Assembly: GCF_000737315.1 (NCBI RefSeq)
Contig: NZ_JMCB01000002.1
Span: 268,001 to 516,000, forward strand
DNA length: 248,000 bases
Direction of reading: 5' to 3'
Source: Hyalangium minutum
Lineage (GTDB): Bacteria; Myxococcota; Myxococcia; Myxococcales; Myxococcaceae
The notes under the pieces were generated by a model. It searched no databases, had not been told where the DNA came from, and saw nothing but the letters and a program-made list of their open reading frames with translations. Position numbers and translations under genes: made by a program. Positions 240,264-248,000 of the stretch are shown piece by piece. The first letter of the stretch is position 1, and each line of letters starts with the position of its first letter.

Positions 240264-241787
240264 ATGCGTTTGGCGGTCTTCGCTGTGGCGATTGTCGGAG
240301 TCTTGCTGGGAGGCTGTGCCACGAGCCGGGGGGGAAGCGGCATCCCCGCCGAGGAGGCCCTCTATGACATGCCCCTCGAGGAGATCTGGCCCTCGGTTCG
240401 CCAGTTCTTCACCGACACCGGCCTGTCTTTCCGTGAGGACGTCGGTACCTTCGTGCTGGAGACGGAGTGGCGCGAGGAGTTCGGTGGCTCGCGGGTGTCT
240501 GGTTACTGGCACCGCTACATGGTGGTGGGCAAGCGCGACACCCCCACCTCCAGCAAGCTCTGGGTCTTCCGCATCACCCGCACCGCCAACAGCACGCTGG
240601 CCAACCCAGGCTCTCAGATCTCCTGGGGCGTGAGCCGCTCGCTGGGTGGAGCTGACGGGCTCATTGGCGACGACGCCGCCGGGGGGGAGGCAAGCGGGCT
240701 GGCCAACAACAGCATCGAGGACATGTCCGCGTTCATGGAGCAGCCGCGCGGCGAGAACGCCATCTCGGCGGGCTCGCGGGATGGCCAGCGCGACCTGGTG
240801 ATGGAGTGGAAGGTGTTCCACGGGATTGCGCCCCACCTGGCGAAGATCCGTGAGGAGCAGCTGGCCAAGCAGGGCGGCTCGGGGCAGGTGGTGGCGGCGC
240901 TGCCGAAGCTCAAGAGCGAGCCCGCGGCCAAGCTGGGCATCGAGTGCGGGATGACCATCCTCGGCCTGCTGCCGCAGGCCAAGCCTGGCTCGGTGATGAT
241001 GCTGGGCGAGCTGCACGGCACCCAGGAGGTGCCCCGGTTCGTGGCGCAGGGCGCTTGCCAGGTGGCCTCCTCGGGCACGCCGATGACGGTGGGCCTGGAG
241101 CTGCCGGTGGAGAACCAGGCGCGGGTGAGCGCCTTCCTGCGCAGCGCCGGTACGGATGACGACTGGCTGAAGCTGATGGAGGCGCCCTTCTGGCGCAGCC
241201 CCTTCCCGGACGGGCGCAGCAGCGAGGGCATGGCGAACCTGCTGGAGCAACTGCGCCGGCTGCGCTCCCAGGGGCTGGACGTGGACGCCTTCGTGTTCGA
241301 CCACCCCAAGGCCCAGGGTCAGGAGCGCGAGAATGCCATGGCCGAGACGGTGCTCTCCTACGTGCGCAAGGGCCCAGGCCGCTTCTTCATGGTGGTGTCC
241401 GGCAACATCCACCCGCGCACCGCTCAGGGCCTGCCCTGGGACAAGAAATACAAGCCCATGGGCCTGCTCATCTCCCAAGAGGTGGACGACACCCTCGCCC
241501 TGGACATGGCCTACAACAGTGGCACGGCGTGGATCTGCGCGGCAGGCACCCAGAGCGACAAGCTGGAGTGCGGGGTGAAGGACACCCGCGGCAAGGACAA
241601 CGGGGACCGCTACTTCGTCCACCTGTGGGATGACGAGGACGGCAACGGCTTCCACGGCGTGTTCTACGTGGGCCCGGTGACGGCCTCGCTGCCCGCGGTG
241701 CGCCGGGGGCTGGGGCGCCCGGGGGCGGATGACAACTCCGTCCACCCGGTGCTGGGGCAGGAGCGCCCCCGGTTCTCCCGCCGTTGA
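240264..241787 (+). CDS. Lipoprotein with TraB/EreA-like C-terminal domain
   Basis: LGGC; GE.HGT.E, RE..MA, GN.H. Confidence 0.6.
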   Translation: MRLAVFAVAIVGVLLGGCATSRGGSGIPAEEALYDMPLEEIWPSVRQFFTDTGLSFREDVGTFVLETEWREEFGGSRVSGYWHRYMVVGKRDTPTSSKLWVFRITRTANSTLANPGSQISWGVSRSLGGADGLIGDDAAGGEASGLANNSIEDMSAFMEQPRGENAISAGSRDGQRDLVMEWKVFHGIAPHLAKIREEQLAKQGGSGQVVAALPKLKSEPAAKLGIECGMTILGLLPQAKPGSVMMLGELHGTQEVPRFVAQGACQVASSGTPMTVGLELPVENQARVSAFLRSAGTDDDWLKLMEAPFWRSPFPDGRSSEGMANLLEQLRRLRSQGLDVDAFVFDHPKAQGQERENAMAETVLSYVRKGPGRFFMVVSGNIHPRTAQGLPWDKKYKPMGLLISQEVDDTLALDMAYNSGTAWICAAGTQSDKLECGVKDTRGKDNGDRYFVHLWDDEDGNGFHGVFYVGPVTASLPAVRRGLGRPGADDNSVHPVLGQERPRFSRR

Positions 241788-241851
241788 CCGGTGCACCCGA
241801 GGCTCGCGGCACTGCTGCGAGCCCCCCGGGCGGTAGCGTAGGCTGCCGCGC

Positions 241852-243240
241852 GTGAGCGAACTCACCGTCTATCAGCCGGACTTCCTCTATCGGGACGGCC
241901 GGTTTCACTCGGGCGCCTCCCTGCACGTGGGCGCCCATGGCCGCATCCTCCCGGAGGGGCCTGTGCCCGAGGGCGCGCGGGTGGTCCGCCTGCCCGGGCG
242001 CGCGCTGCTGCCGGGGCTCGTCAACGGGCACTCGCACGCCTTCCAGCGCCTCATCCGTGGACGCACGGAGTACGTGGCCGCGGGCCACGGCACGGATGAC
242101 TTCTGGAGCTGGCGCGAGGCCATGTACCGCGCCGCCGAGGCCTTGAATCCCGAGGAGGTCTACACCGCCTCGCGGCAGGCCTTCCTGGAGATGCTGCTGG
242201 CCGGCATCACCTCCGTGGGCGAGTTCCACTACCTGCACCACCAGCCGGATGGCACGCCGTACGTGGAGCGCAATGCGCTGGCCTTCGAAGTGATTCGCGC
242301 CGCGCGGGACGTGGGGCTGCGGATCGTGCTGCTGCGCGTGGGCTATGCGCGCGCGGGCTTCCGCGTGCCAGAGAACCCCCGGCAGCGGCGGTTCATCGAC
242401 AGGGACGTGGACACCTTCCTGGCCTCGGTGCAGGAGCTCGCCCGGGAGATGGAGGGACAGGCCGGGGTGAGCGTGGGGCTGGCGCCGCACAGCGTGCGCG
242501 CGGTGCCTCGGGAGTGGCTCACCACGCTCGCGGGACTGCGCGGCGGGAACATGCCCATGCACATGCATGTGGCCGAGCAGCCCAAGGAGCTCGAGGCCTG
242601 CGTGGCCGAGTACGGCCTGCGGCCCGTGGAGCTGCTCGAGGAGCTGGGGCTGCTGGAGCCGCGCTTCACCGCCGTGCACGCGGTGCATGTGACGGAGGAC
242701 GAGGCCCGGATGCTGGGGGAAGTCGGCGCGGGCGTGTGTGCGTGCCCCTCCACCGAGCGCAACCTGGGCGATGGCATCGTCCCCGCGGACCGGCTGGTGA
242801 ACGCGGGCGCGCGGCTGTGCCTGGGCTCGGACAGCCAGGCCCGGGTGGATCTGCTCGACGAGGCGCGGCAGCTCGAGGAGCACCTCCGGCTGTCTCGTGT
242901 CCGGCGTGCGGTGCTGGATCCCGGCGGCGGCGCGGTGGATGGGCTGGCGGTCCGGCTGTTCCAGATGGCCACGGTGAATGGCGCCAAGAGCCTGGGGCTG
243001 ACCACGGGTGCGCTGGAGCCCGGCACGCCCGCGGACTTCTTCACGGTGGACCTGCACCACCCCTCGCTGGTGGGCGCGAGCCCCTCATCACTGCTGGCGG
243101 GGCTCGTGTTTGGCGCGGACAAGGCGGCGGTGCGGGACGTGGCGATGGATGGGCGGCTCGTGGTGAAGGACGGACAGCACCCCCGCCAAGAGGAGTCCTC
243201 GCGCGCCTTCCATGCCCTGGCTCGGAGGCTGTACTCGTGA
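241852..243240 (+). CDS. hutF: Formimidoylglutamate deiminase
   Basis: N.HSHAFQR, GEFHYLHH, APHS.RA, MHVAEQ, GSDS. Confidence 0.88.
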   Translation: MSELTVYQPDFLYRDGRFHSGASLHVGAHGRILPEGPVPEGARVVRLPGRALLPGLVNGHSHAFQRLIRGRTEYVAAGHGTDDFWSWREAMYRAAEALNPEEVYTASRQAFLEMLLAGITSVGEFHYLHHQPDGTPYVERNALAFEVIRAARDVGLRIVLLRVGYARAGFRVPENPRQRRFIDRDVDTFLASVQELAREMEGQAGVSVGLAPHSVRAVPREWLTTLAGLRGGNMPMHMHVAEQPKELEACVAEYGLRPVELLEELGLLEPRFTAVHAVHVTEDEARMLGEVGAGVCACPSTERNLGDGIVPADRLVNAGARLCLGSDSQARVDLLDEARQLEEHLRLSRVRRAVLDPGGGAVDGLAVRLFQMATVNGAKSLGLTTGALEPGTPADFFTVDLHHPSLVGASPSSLLAGLVFGADKAAVRDVAMDGRLVVKDGQHPRQEESSRAFHALARRLYS

Positions 243241-244376
243241 ACGATACGCTGCCCGCGCTGCGGGCCACGTTGGCGGAGCTGGTTGCACTGGACACCACCT
243301 CGGTGCGCCCGAACGCGCCGCTCATCGACTACGCCCAGGCGCGCCTGGAGGCTGCGGGGTTCGTGGCCGAGCGCCTGCTCTACACGGACGATGCGGGTGT
243401 GGAGAAGGTGAACCTGGTGGCGGTGAAGGGAGGCAACGAGGGGCGCGCGGCGCTGGCGCTGGTGGGGCACTCGGACTGCGTGCCGTATGACGCCGCGTGG
243501 AAGGACGCGCTCAAGCTCACCGAGAAAGACGGGCGGCTCTACGGGCGCGGCGCGTGTGACACCAAGGGCTTCATTGCCAGCGCGCTCCATGCGGCCACCC
243601 GGGCGGAGCGGCTGAAGGCGCCGCTGATGGTGGTGCTCACGGCGGACGAGGAGATCGGCCTGGTGGGCGCCAAGAAGCTGGTGGAGGCGGGGAAGGGGCG
243701 GGCGAGGCACGCCATCGTCGGCGAGCCCACCCGGCTTATCCCGGTGCGCGCCAACAAGGGCTACTGCCTGGGCGAGGTGGAGGTGCGGGGCAAGGAGGGG
243801 CACAGCGCGTACCCGGACACGGGGGCGTCGGCCATCTTCCGCGCCAGCCGCTTCCTGCAGAGGCTGGAGCAGGTGGCTCGCACGGTGCTCCGCGAGGAGC
243901 GGGACGCGAGCTTCGAGCCGCCCTACACCACGGTGAACGTGGGGCTCATCCAGGGCGGCAAGGCGAAGAACGTCATCCCCGGCCTGTGCCGCTTCACGGT
244001 GGAGTGGCGGCCCATCCCCGGGCAGTCGCCGCAGCGGGTGGTGGAGCTGATGGAGAGCATCCGTCAGGAGCTGGTGCGCGACGAGCCGGCCTTCGAGGCG
244101 GATATCCGCGTGCTGCGCACCGACAGCGGGGTGAGCACGGCGCCGGACGCCGAGGTGGTGCGCTTCCTCGCGGAGGCCACGGGCAACGCCCCGGAGACGG
244201 TGTCCTTCGGCACGGAGGCCCCGCAGCTCACGGCCCTGGGCGCCGAGGCGGTGGTGTTCGGCCCGGGAGACATCCGCGTGGCCCACCAGACAGGCGAGTA
244301 CGTGCCCATCGAGGACCTGGTGCGCTGCGAGGCGGTGCTCTCGCAGGCCATTGCCCGCTTCTGCGGCGGGAGCTGA
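243237..244376 (+). CDS. argE: Acetylornithine deacetylase
   Basis: GHSD.VP, GRG.CD.KG, DEE.G, GEPT. Confidence 0.88.
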   Translation: MNDTLPALRATLAELVALDTTSVRPNAPLIDYAQARLEAAGFVAERLLYTDDAGVEKVNLVAVKGGNEGRAALALVGHSDCVPYDAAWKDALKLTEKDGRLYGRGACDTKGFIASALHAATRAERLKAPLMVVLTADEEIGLVGAKKLVEAGKGRARHAIVGEPTRLIPVRANKGYCLGEVEVRGKEGHSAYPDTGASAIFRASRFLQRLEQVARTVLREERDASFEPPYTTVNVGLIQGGKAKNVIPGLCRFTVEWRPIPGQSPQRVVELMESIRQELVRDEPAFEADIRVLRTDSGVSTAPDAEVVRFLAEATGNAPETVSFGTEAPQLTALGAEAVVFGPGDIRVAHQTGEYVPIEDLVRCEAVLSQAIARFCGGS

Positions 244377-244487
244377 GCGGCTCCGCTCGCGCGGGGGGCA
244401 GCCAGGGGATCGAGCGGGTCTCGGCTGCCTGCCTCGCATTCACGGCGTGTCTACCGTGAACCGGTAGGCACTTGTGGAGGAGAGGCC

Positions 244488-245189
244488 ATGGCTCAATCGA
244501 ACTGGCGGCGCGCGCTGGTGGCGGCAGTGCTCGGGGCGTCTGTGGGGCTCCTGGGCGGCTGCGGCACCAGCGGGAACACTGAGGTGAAGGACTCCTGGAT
244601 GGCTCGTGTCCCCGAGGAGCGGATGGGGAGCGTGCGGGAGGCCCAGGCGTACAAACGGCAGGCCGCGGACGAGGTGGCGCGTGCCAACGTGGCGATCGGC
244701 GACGCCGAGCGTGCGCAGGAGGTGGCTCGCCGGAACGTGGAGGCCGCCAAGCTCCGCCGGGACGCGGAGAAGGCTCAGCTGAAAGCGGCCCAGGAGACGG
244801 GGCAGCAGAGCGGCATCCAATCGGCGGAGGCACAGCTCCAGGTGGCGGAGGCGGAGTTCGCGGCGGCCAAGGCCCAGGTGGACTGGCGAGACCAGAACCT
244901 GGAGGCCTGGAAGGCGCAGAGGCAGCTCCGGGAGCGCGAGCTCAAGGTGGCGGATGCCGAGCTGAACTACGCGCAGTACCGGGCCCTGAAGGAGAACGGG
245001 GACGTGCGGGCGCAGAAGCTCACCGAGGGGGACTTCCTCTCTACCCTCGACAAGGCCCGGAAGGAGGCCCGGGAGGCGCGGCGCGACGCGGATGAGCAGA
245101 CGCAGCAGGCCCGGCAGGCGCGCCTGCAGTGGGAGCAGCTCCGCGAGCGGGCGCAGGGGTACGGCGGCAGCGGCTGGAACCGGCGCTGA
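244488..245189 (+). CDS. Coiled-coil lipoprotein
   Basis: LGGC; Ala/Glu/Arg-rich heptads. Confidence 0.6.
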   Translation: MAQSNWRRALVAAVLGASVGLLGGCGTSGNTEVKDSWMARVPEERMGSVREAQAYKRQAADEVARANVAIGDAERAQEVARRNVEAAKLRRDAEKAQLKAAQETGQQSGIQSAEAQLQVAEAEFAAAKAQVDWRDQNLEAWKAQRQLRERELKVADAELNYAQYRALKENGDVRAQKLTEGDFLSTLDKARKEAREARRDADEQTQQARQARLQWEQLRERAQGYGGSGWNRR

Positions 245190-245190
245190 G

Positions 245191-246009
245191 CTACAGCAAC
245201 GCCTCCAGCTCCTGCAGGTGCGAGAGCACCTCGCGCGGGTGCTGGGCCTCTTGCAGGCGGGTGGCGAGGCCATGGCTCGACAGCCTCGCCACGTGCGCCA
245301 GCCGCATGAGCCAGGGCCGGCCGCGCTCGCTGCCCACCATGACGATGAGCACGCGCAGCGGCTGCCCATCCGGCGTCTCATGCTTCAGCGGCTTCGCCAG
245401 GGTCACCAGTGCGGCCACGGAGGGCACTCCCTCCAGGGCCGCGTGGGGAACCGCCACCCCATTGCCCACCGAGCACGAGGCCCCGGCCTCCCGCCGCTCC
245501 AACTCGTCGGTGAGCTGCGAGGCCGCCAGCCCCGGGCAGGCGGCGCAGATGCGCTCGACGGCCATGTCTCGCGCATCCTCTACAGAGGAGCAGGAGAGCT
245601 GGAGGATGATGCGCTCGGGGGCCAGCAGCGGGGAGAGGGCGGGCGACACCTCTTCTCGCGAGGCGTCGCGCATGGGGAACTCCGCGTTGAGGAACTCACG
245701 GACCCGGGTGAGCTGTGCGCTGGTGAGCTGCCTCCGGGCGATGTCTAGGAAGACTGCCCCGGCGCCAGGCACCTGCTCCAGGTAGTTCGCCACCAGCGGG
245801 TTCACCCGGTGCGAGACATCCAGCAGCATCGCGGGGGGCACGCCCAGTTCGTGCGCGATGGCGGTGAGCCGCTCCGGTGTGGGCACGGCGTCCTGGCCAT
245901 GCTCCACGCGGCTCAGGTAGGCGCTGGAGACACCGATGCGCCGGGCCAGGTCTCGCAAGGAGAGGCCCGCGTCAACGCGCAGCAGCCGGATGGTCGCTCC
246001 CAGGTGCAT
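245191..246009 (-). CDS. XRE-HTH plus PTS EIIA(Ntr/Fru)-like fusion
   Basis: GVSSAYLSRVE HTH; GNGVAVPHA. Confidence 0.85.
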   Translation of the reverse strand: MHLGATIRLLRVDAGLSLRDLARRIGVSSAYLSRVEHGQDAVPTPERLTAIAHELGVPPAMLLDVSHRVNPLVANYLEQVPGAGAVFLDIARRQLTSAQLTRVREFLNAEFPMRDASREEVSPALSPLLAPERIILQLSCSSVEDARDMAVERICAACPGLAASQLTDELERREAGASCSVGNGVAVPHAALEGVPSVAALVTLAKPLKHETPDGQPLRVLIVMVGSERGRPWLMRLAHVARLSSHGLATRLQEAQHPREVLSHLQELEALL

Positions 246010-246021
246010 GGTCCCTCAGGC

Positions 246022-248000
246022 TCAGGCGGCGGTGCCATCCGTGACGGGGAGCCCGTCCTGGGCTGCCTCTAACACGGTCTCCGCCTGGGGAGCCGGGTGG
246101 CGCACCACCAGCAGCGACACGGGGGAGTCCTGGATGAAGCGCTCGCGCTGCAGGCCCCAGAGCCGCTCCTCCAGGCCCCACTCCTGGCCCACGCCGACGA
246201 TGATCAAGTCATAGCCGCGCGCGGCCTCCGCCAGCGCCGCTTCCTCCGGCTCCGCATGCTCCACCACCTTGAAGGTGACGCGCCGGCCCTCCTCGGGGAA
246301 CAGCTCCTCCACCTGCGCGCTGGCGCGCCCCTTGAGCTCGGGCGAGGTGACGTGCAGCACCGTCACCTCCGCGTCCGCGTGCCGCATGAGCCGCCGCGCC
246401 AGTCCCAGCGCCGCGCGATCATGGGAGCTGCCCATGAAGGGGACGAGCACCCGCCGCACGCTCGACAGCCCGCGGTCCACCAGGACGGCGACGTCCATGC
246501 GCGCCTCTTGCATCACCTCGTGGACCGTGCCGCCCAGCAGCGTGCGGCTCAGCAGGGGCTTGTGCCAGCCCAGCAGCACGAGGTTCGCGCTCTTGGCCGA
246601 GGCCGTGCGGCAGATGTCCGCGCCGGGCTCGCCTGAGACGAAGGAGAGCGGCTTGATGGGGAGGCTCAGCTTGTTCGCGCGCTCCATCATCGGCGTGAGC
246701 GCCGAGGCATCCGCGGGCTGCGCCTCGTGCCGCAGATGGAACGAGGCGCGCTCCGAGGAGGGGATGAGGTGCAGGGCATAGAGCTGGGAGGGATCCTGCC
246801 CTTGGGAGGTGAGGGCGTGCGCCAACGTCACCATGCCCGGCCCCGCGGTACCATGCGAGACGCACATCATCACGGTGAAGGGCGCGGGCATGAGCGCCAG
246901 GGGCACCGAGTTCTCGGGCACCAGGCGGTCGCGCGCCATCTCATCCATGGGGTAGATCCACCGCAGCAGGGGCGTGGTCATGAAGGTGGTGACCAGCGCC
247001 ATGACCACCATCATCGTGAAGAGCTTGGGAGAGATGACGCCCAGGTCCAGGCCGATGTTGAGGACGATGAGCTCCATCAGGCCGCGGGTGTTCATCAGGA
247101 TGCCGACGGCACCCGCCTCGCGCCAGCGCAGGCCCGTCAGCCGGGCGGCCACCGCACTCCCGCCGAACTTGCCCAGGCAGGCCAGCAGGATGATGGCGCC
247201 GCAGGTGAGCCAGGACTCGGCGCTGTTGAGCAGGCCAATCTGCGTACGCAGGCCGCTGTAGGCGAAGAAGATGGGCAGCAGCAGCACCACCGCCACGTCC
247301 TCCAGCTTCTCCGCGAGCGCCGTAGCCAGCCCGCCCTCCTTGGGGATGATGGCGCCCAGCAGGAAGGCCCCGAACAGGGCGTGGATGCCAATGAACTCAG
247401 TGGCCCAACTGGAGGCCAGCAGGAGGATGAGCGTGGCGGCGACGACGTTCTGCGTGAGCCCCTCGCGGCTGGCCACGCGCGCCCCCAGCCGCGCCAGGAA
247501 GGGCCGCACGGCCAGCAGCATGAAGCTGATGTAGAGCACGGTGAAGAGCGTGGTCCACGCCGCGTGCGCCACATCCGAGGCTCGGACGATGGACACCACG
247601 AAGGCCAGCAGGCACCAGCCCGTCACGTCATCCACCGCCGCGCAGGTGATGGCGATGGCGCCCACCCGCGACTGGAGCAGCCGTCGCTCGGTGAGGATGC
247701 GCGCCAGCACCGGGAAGGCGGTGATGCTCATCGCCACGCCCATGAAGAGGACGAAGGAGGAGAACTTCACCGAGGGCTCCGACAGCGACTCGTAGAGCCA
247801 CAGCACCGCGGCGCCCGCGCCGAGCGCGAACGGGACGATAATGCTCGTGTGGCTGATGGCCACCGAGGCGTGGCCCCGGCCCTTGAGGAGCTTGGGGTCC
247901 AACTCCAGGCCGATGAGGAACATGAAGAGGATGAGCCCCACCTGGCTCAGCATCTTCAGGATGCCCATGGAGTTCTGGGGGAACAGGCTCTCCATCACCT
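246022..248000 (-). CDS. Kef-type cation/H+ antiporter with USP-like C-terminus; N-terminus outside the window
   Basis: GLELD, TAFPVLARIL, H..FGAF, MNTRG..EL. Confidence 0.9.
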   Translation of the reverse strand, partial: VMESLFPQNSMGILKMLSQVGLILFMFLIGLELDPKLLKGRGHASVAISHTSIIVPFALGAGAAVLWLYESLSEPSVKFSSFVLFMGVAMSITAFPVLARILTERRLLQSRVGAIAITCAAVDDVTGWCLLAFVVSIVRASDVAHAAWTTLFTVLYISFMLLAVRPFLARLGARVASREGLTQNVVAATLILLLASSWATEFIGIHALFGAFLLGAIIPKEGGLATALAEKLEDVAVVLLLPIFFAYSGLRTQIGLLNSAESWLTCGAIILLACLGKFGGSAVAARLTGLRWREAGAVGILMNTRGLMELIVLNIGLDLGVISPKLFTMMVVMALVTTFMTTPLLRWIYPMDEMARDRLVPENSVPLALMPAPFTVMMCVSHGTAGPGMVTLAHALTSQGQDPSQLYALHLIPSSERASFHLRHEAQPADASALTPMMERANKLSLPIKPLSFVSGEPGADICRTASAKSANLVLLGWHKPLLSRTLLGGTVHEVMQEARMDVAVLVDRGLSSVRRVLVPFMGSSHDRAALGLARRLMRHADAEVTVLHVTSPELKGRASAQVEELFPEEGRRVTFKVVEHAEPEEAALAEAARGYDLIIVGVGQEWGLEERLWGLQRERFIQDSPVSLLVVRHPAPQAETVLEAAQDGLPVTDGTAA

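Overview
High-GC myxobacterial chromosome segment (Cystobacterineae/Archangiaceae-like: Stigmatella/Hyalangium/Cystobacter type), inferred from the carB carotenoid operon with carA/carH, the pktA5-espA-espB-pktB8 locus, SitA/SitI-type lipoprotein toxin-immunity pairs, MYXO-CTERM-like C-termini and many Ser/Thr kinases. No rRNA, complete tRNA/tmRNA, CRISPR array, NRPS/PKS or intact transposase was recognised. Core-like blocks: zwf-pgl-gnd, sbcCD, ligD, lhr, hutF-argE, Fur-boxed iron (piu-like) and heme (HmuY) uptake clusters, and a heavy-metal RND operon ending in a CorE-like sigma factor, plus copA. Best candidate for an undescribed system: a tightly coupled operon at 163.6-171.4 kb encoding an ECF-like sigma factor, an HTH protein, an ImmA/IrrE protease, a NurA-like protein, a HerA ATPase, a dNMP-kinase-like domain fused to a PurZ0-like (Asp13->Ser) adenylosuccinate-synthetase homologue, a DarT-like (DUF7002-type) protein and YjzC. 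It may be a nucleotide-modification-based antiphage or DNA-damage system. Directly beside it is a LuxR-like regulator convergent with a heme-oxygenase-like diiron enzyme and an acyl-ACP-type N-acyltransferase, a possible signal biosynthesis unit. Three tmRNA 3'-end-like fragments mark probable old integration sites, two of them bracketing a toxin-immunity pair. All calls come from reading motifs by eye; no database search was run. Start codons were often moved downstream of the ORF-track start.
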